Shown piece after piece: positions 59,301-64,000 of a DNA stretch of 64,000 nucleotides. The stretch comes from Klebsormidium nitens (lineage: Eukaryota; Plantae; Klebsormidiophyceae). The notes under the pieces are model-generated. The model searched no databases and was not told the DNA's origin. It saw only the letters and a list, made by a program, of their open reading frames with translations. Positions within the stretch are counted from its first letter, which is position 1. Every line of letters starts with the position of its first letter. Position numbers and translations under genes: made by a program. The stretch is taken from NCBI GenBank assembly GCA_000708835.1, contig DF237030.1, positions 1-64,000 on the forward strand, given 5' to 3'.

Positions 59301-62300
59301 GAACCTTGTCAAGGTGCGGACCGACGATTGTAGGCTTGTCTTTCCTGTGTAACTTCGGTCTCCGAAGCATCTTGTTTGTTGCTGCAAAGCTGACCAAACC
59401 TTGGACCATGCTCGCTGGTCTTCAGCTGCGAAGGTGCATAAGAAAACCGTTTCGTTTCTCGGGCGTCAGAGCGAGCACGAGTCCTTTTCTGATTTTGACC
59501 AGCCGTCCTGTAGCGTTTGTGAAGAATCTTTGCGAGCATCTTTTTCAGGAGTTTTGTCAAGGAATCTTAGAAGAGTCATCAATGTGCACTGGCTTCCGCT
59601 TGTTGCGCACGTTGCGTTGTTTGGTTACTTCTACCAGAGACTGATGCGAAAAGCAGCTGCATCGTGGCAGGAAGCGTCAAAGCGATTTTTTTTGTTGATC
59701 GAGCATTGGCAGATGAAGATGCCGAAATTGAGTAGGTGATTTTTATCCATGACGTTCAGCAAGAAGTGCGCTTGCACTTGGTTTTCGTACGTTTTCTCGC
59801 TTTAATGATAGATACCCATCTCTCTCGGGGGAGAAAAAAAGACGGTTTCGGACTGGCGAACTTGAGTAGATGTTTCTCAACCATGGCGTTAAGCACGACG
59901 TGCGACATGTCCACCCGTCTCTCGTTTCTGGTACGCATGTTATTGACCTTTGTGCACTTGGCTGTCGCAGACGGAGGCGTGTGGGTGGGGCATCGAAGCG
60001 GGGCAGGACATTCCGGCCGGCACCTTCTTGGTGGAGTACACGGGGGAAGGTGAGGGGCCGGAGCAGCGGCGGGTCTTCTAATCATGGGAGTTTACGTCAC
60101 ATTTGCCGAGCCGAATCAAAGATCGAGCCGTGATTTGCAGTGTTGCGCCATCAAACTGCCTTTCATCAACGGTTCAAGTTTGGGAACACCCTCCTGAAAC
60201 GTAGCAGAATTGACGCAAACAGCTGTGAATGACAGCAGCAAGAGACTGGCGAGGACTTGAAAGTACTCTCGGAGACGAAATCAGAAAGAGAAAATCCAAC
60301 GCTGGCAAGTTCGCTGGAAGGCACTGTTGATTCTTGAAGAGACGGTCGAAGTGATGCACTGGAAGCCGATTCTGACTGGTGAAGTCAACGCTTTGAAAAC
60401 GACCTGTCGCCCCCAGATTCCTGCTAACGTATGCCAACGAGAATGTTGAAGAAATTGATCGTGCTGCAAATCTCACTCAGCGAGATCCCATTCGATCCTG
60501 GGAGCGCAACCAGGTAGTAGCCACTCTCCAGAATTCGCACGCCCTGTTCAACTCATGAGTGGTACAAAGCACATGTTGGGCCCCCATTGGACCGCCATTG
60601 ACAAGCTCGTCCTCCGCTCAATAGAATCCCTCGAAATTTTAAAGCCTAAACATCAGCCAGAGGTTCACGAACTGTATGTTCCGCCCCGCAGTGATTGACG
60701 ACAAGCTGTGCGAGGAGCGACTGTGGCGCAAGAAGGAGGCGGGCGAGACCAACTTCTACATGGTCGAGGTCACCCGCAACATGGTCGTTGATGCCGCGGA
60801 GAAGGGCAACTACGCACGCTTTGTAAACCATTCGTGCGAGCCCAACTGCGAGCTGCAGAAGTGGTGAGCGCCGGACTGGGTCGCGCTCGAAGCTGGACCT
60901 TTGATGAGCAAGGCTGCATCACCGTGTGTCAGGATTGGCGAGGTTACATTCGACGAAATGATGGCCGGCTGGGTCTTTGCGTGTTAAAGAGCAGTTGACG
61001 AAGGTGAAAGCATCGACAGATCCCCGGTTTCCAGCCCATTTTTGCAGAGTGCGATAGTGAGCTGGAACGTGAGAATGTGCATGATTTTATGATCTGTTTT
61101 GTATCGAGAGTGATTGAAGCCGTAGGCGGAGAACGAGGACGATACTCTTCATATTGAAATCCCGTGCCGGTGAATATGATCAGATGCGATTGAAGGTCAC
61201 AAAAGCCCCGCGCCCTTTTGGGTATGGCCAACGTGAGGTCCACATCGGTGTGCTGCCATGAAGCGCAAATCCTGACTGTCAGGGAGAAACGCTAGGGAGA
61301 AACGTTAAACTCTGAAGTCCAATGAGTCTTATGAAGGTGGCCGTAAGGGCGGCAGGTCGTGGAAACAGTACTAAAGTGCTCGAGCCTACGTAGAAGCCAA
61401 GAAGTACTCCGGTTGAAATAAAGCTACGAAGTCCCTTCGAGAGGGCGCCTGTTTGCTTGCGCAAATCCTGAGGAGCTATCACTCGACAGCTTGCTTCGCA
61501 GACGAGGCTGCCACATTTTCTAAAAGGCCCTAAAGGTTGTTCCATGCTTAAGTTTGATCTGAGTGCTTGTGCAATATTTCCCTCCCCATAACGATCGAGT
61601 CACAGCGTTGCTCGACTCTGAGACGGCTCGAGTTTTCTGGATTTCAGGCAAATAGATGGGGAGACGCGGATTGGCATCTTTACCACGCAAGACGTGAAAC
61701 AGGGGACTCCATTGGCGTACGACTACCAGTAAGGGCCTCGCATGACCCTGACCTGTCAGTCTGCAATCTGCTAGAGCTTGATAGCACCCTCTATTCAGCA
61801 AGCGGCGTTCTCAAATGCTCATAGCATGGAAACAAACGAAACGCCGCCCAACATTGGTTCAACGTGATAAAGAATGATGGTCGTGCGTCGCGCGGACACG
61901 CTTTCGGACAGGATGGTCCGTGGCCCTTTCCGCATGAGATTCAGTTGCGCGAGCAAGTACGGATTCTTCTCGGTGCAGTCTCTTTATTGTTGACCCTTCG
62001 CTTTTGCGGCCTTCTTTGCTAGGGTTGCTTCAGCCTTGCCGGTTCTGTCCGTCCATTGCGAACTGTGTTGAGCATTGCAGACCTGATACTTTTTATGCAT
62101 CGCAGGTTTGTCCAGTTTGGAGCGGACACGGAGTGCCGGTGCGGTTCCGCGCGCTGCCGGGGTCGCCTCGGAAAGACCGCGCCGTCCGAGGACGGACTGA
62201 ATAAAGCGAACGGGGGCCGGCTGGTCCAGAAAAAGGTGAATAGAGGGCCTCAGAAACTATGAAACACTGCTCGATGAAGGATTTTGAAGTGGGTGTTGAA

Positions 62301-63650
62301 TGTGAAAATGCTTGAGCTGGAGGAACGAGGGTTGCAAATGCAGCCCCCTTGGTCAGAAGCGACTGTCTCGACTCTCGCAGATTGCGAGAGATTGAACATC
62401 GTTCGGAGCTCTTTGGAGCGAGGACTTTTCAGGGTGGATACAGAGAGTCTCCGAAGCATATTAAGATGGAACACATTGAAAGAGGAAGACTTAGAGGGAA
62501 GGAGACACGATCGCGATAAAAGCTGCGTCCCCGGCAGCTTGCAAGAAAGACGGTTGGCTCCTCCAAGCGTCGTGTACGTCTCGAAGCGCTTCCAAAGCGC
62601 TTTAGAAAAGCGATATTATAACGTCTCCTTCATCCTGTGGCCCTGTGCAGATCAACGAGATGTTCCCGCAAAGCAAGGAAGGGGCTAAACGAAGGCTCAG
62701 TGGTAAGTAGTGATCACCATGCATTCTTGGAAACTTTGGAGCAACCGCTGATGGCACTTGAAAACGGTTGAGCAGCGAGTCGATTCCCCAACCGTTTGCA
62801 GGTCATCGTCCTAGATTTTGATCCAATCGGAAAAGCCACAGAATCATTTGATTCCCAGTAAGAGACTGGTGGATCTCAACATTGGGATGAACTGAAAGCG
62901 TAACGTCTCCACAATTCGCAGCGGTTCCTTGTCGCACAAGGCGCTGAGCATCTGAGCGGGAATGCCCTTTAAAGCTCTGACGACCATGCCCATTGTAGCG
63001 AAGTGTTTCAGAAACGGAAGCAATCTCACGAAGCACGCGCTCTATAAGGTGTACAACAACGGCGTGTCAAAAGTCGGACTGGAATACGGCTCCGAAAATC
63101 TGATCTCATCGCGTTGGCTCTGCAGCGAAAGTGTTGCGAAAACGTGCGGAGCAGCTCAAGGCGGCCGAGGACCTGGTGGGCAAACGCGTGGAGGTCTGGT
63201 GGCCGTTGGATCAGATGTGAGCGCAATTCTATAACCCGTTATTTCAGAAAGGAAGACCTAATCTTCGTGTCGTGACTCGTGGCCCTTTGACTTCTAAACG
63301 GGGAATGGAGGCAATTATTTAATCTTTCTATCTTTCAGAGGAAAAGATAGAATCTGTTTTCCGTTGGTTAATTATCTACTCTCCTGCGCTTCTGAGCCTT
63401 GGCTTATAAAAGCCATTCCCACAAAAGTCGAGAAGACGGATTATGAATCTACATCCACAATCTCATGTGCTGACTTCCGCACTCTGGGGCAGGTACTATG
63501 GCGGTGAGGTCGTTGCCTACGACGCCGAGCGAAGGCTGCACCGGGTGCACTACGACGATTCGGAGGTGGAGTGGGTGGACCTCGTCAAAGAGCGCCACAG
63601 CATCGTCAAACCTGCCATGGCGCCCGTGCTGCCGTCCCTCTCCACTCCTA
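56376..63650 (+). CDS. ASHR3: ASHR3/SDG4-like (NSD class) histone H3K36 methyltransferase, PHD-AWS-SET-postSET, with a C-terminal Tudor domain; 3' end probably outside the window
   Basis: Exons 56376-56510, 57358-57693, 58107-58254, 58769-58883, 59214-59313, 59971-60049, 60692-60863, 61648-61728, 62106-62235, 62651-62702, 63126-63216, 63493-63650. Motifs CPHHFC, CFRHDEDW, HIKRNVWV, AWS CDC..C..DCLC, CGWGI, ARFVNHSCEPNC, LAYDY, post-SET CRCGSARC. The start codon is uncertain. Confidence 0.88.
58255..58768 (+). other. Putative U12-type (minor spliceosome) GT-AG intron
   Basis: 5' site GTATCCTC matches RTATCCTY. Branch site TCCTTGAC at 58749-58756 has its A 13 nt before the 3' end. All other donors in my gene models look U2-type. 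Confidence 0.72.
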
Positions 63651-64000
63651 GTGAGTTTCGCTATCGCAAAATGCTCAACAGAAACTTCCTTTTGACAGGC
63701 TTTAGATTGCTCAGTTAGGCTGCGGTTATGCTTCCAGCGAGCTCCCTTTTGCGACTTTTGCTTTCGACGAAGAACCTCGCGGTTGACAGCCTTGATGAGC
63801 GCAGCTGAATTGAGACGTAGCATTAGGAAACACTGACGGGGAGAATGTCTCTGGGTAGGTTTCGGCGAATATTTATGCGCCACTAGGTCTCAAAGCAGCC
63901 TCAATCAACAGCCTCCTTTACCCTCCGACAGAAGGACGCCTTTAAGGGCCATTAAGCAAAAGGTCTCTTCGATGCGAACCCCTAAAGCTTTCTCTCTCCA

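Noticed and set aside
1-64000. CRISPR arrays, rRNA, tRNA, autonomous transposase or reverse transcriptase
   Set aside because: None recognisable by eye; repeats are two- to four-copy tandems without spacers. tRNAscan/Infernal would be needed to exclude small RNAs.

Overview
Gene-dense, intron-rich eukaryotic DNA. Most six-frame ORFs are exon fragments or noise, so gene models were rebuilt by hand from GT-AG junctions, checking that reading phase is conserved. Gene content and intron style suggest a streptophyte green alga such as Klebsormidium (inference). Left to right: a possibly decayed intronless ORF; a 590-bp non-autonomous hAT-type element with an 8-bp target-site duplication; a SEX4/LSF2-like dual-specificity phosphatase (-); a GAF-PAS(LOV-like)-HisKA-HATPase-pseudoREC-REC hybrid histidine kinase (+); COG1 (-); a TLC-domain membrane protein (+); two hypothetical genes; a METTL7-like methyltransferase (+); and two head-to-head ASHR3/NSD-type SET genes. 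Main finding: the right-hand SET copy looks like an intact H3K36 methyltransferase with an added Tudor domain and a U12-type intron. The left-hand copy shares its exon sizes but has lost the AWS and post-SET domains and key SET cofactor/catalytic motifs, while keeping its PHD fingers and carrying an AT-hook, so it is a candidate pseudo-enzyme chromatin reader. The LOV-like kinase, which keeps the Cys but lacks the signalling Gln, is the second candidate system.
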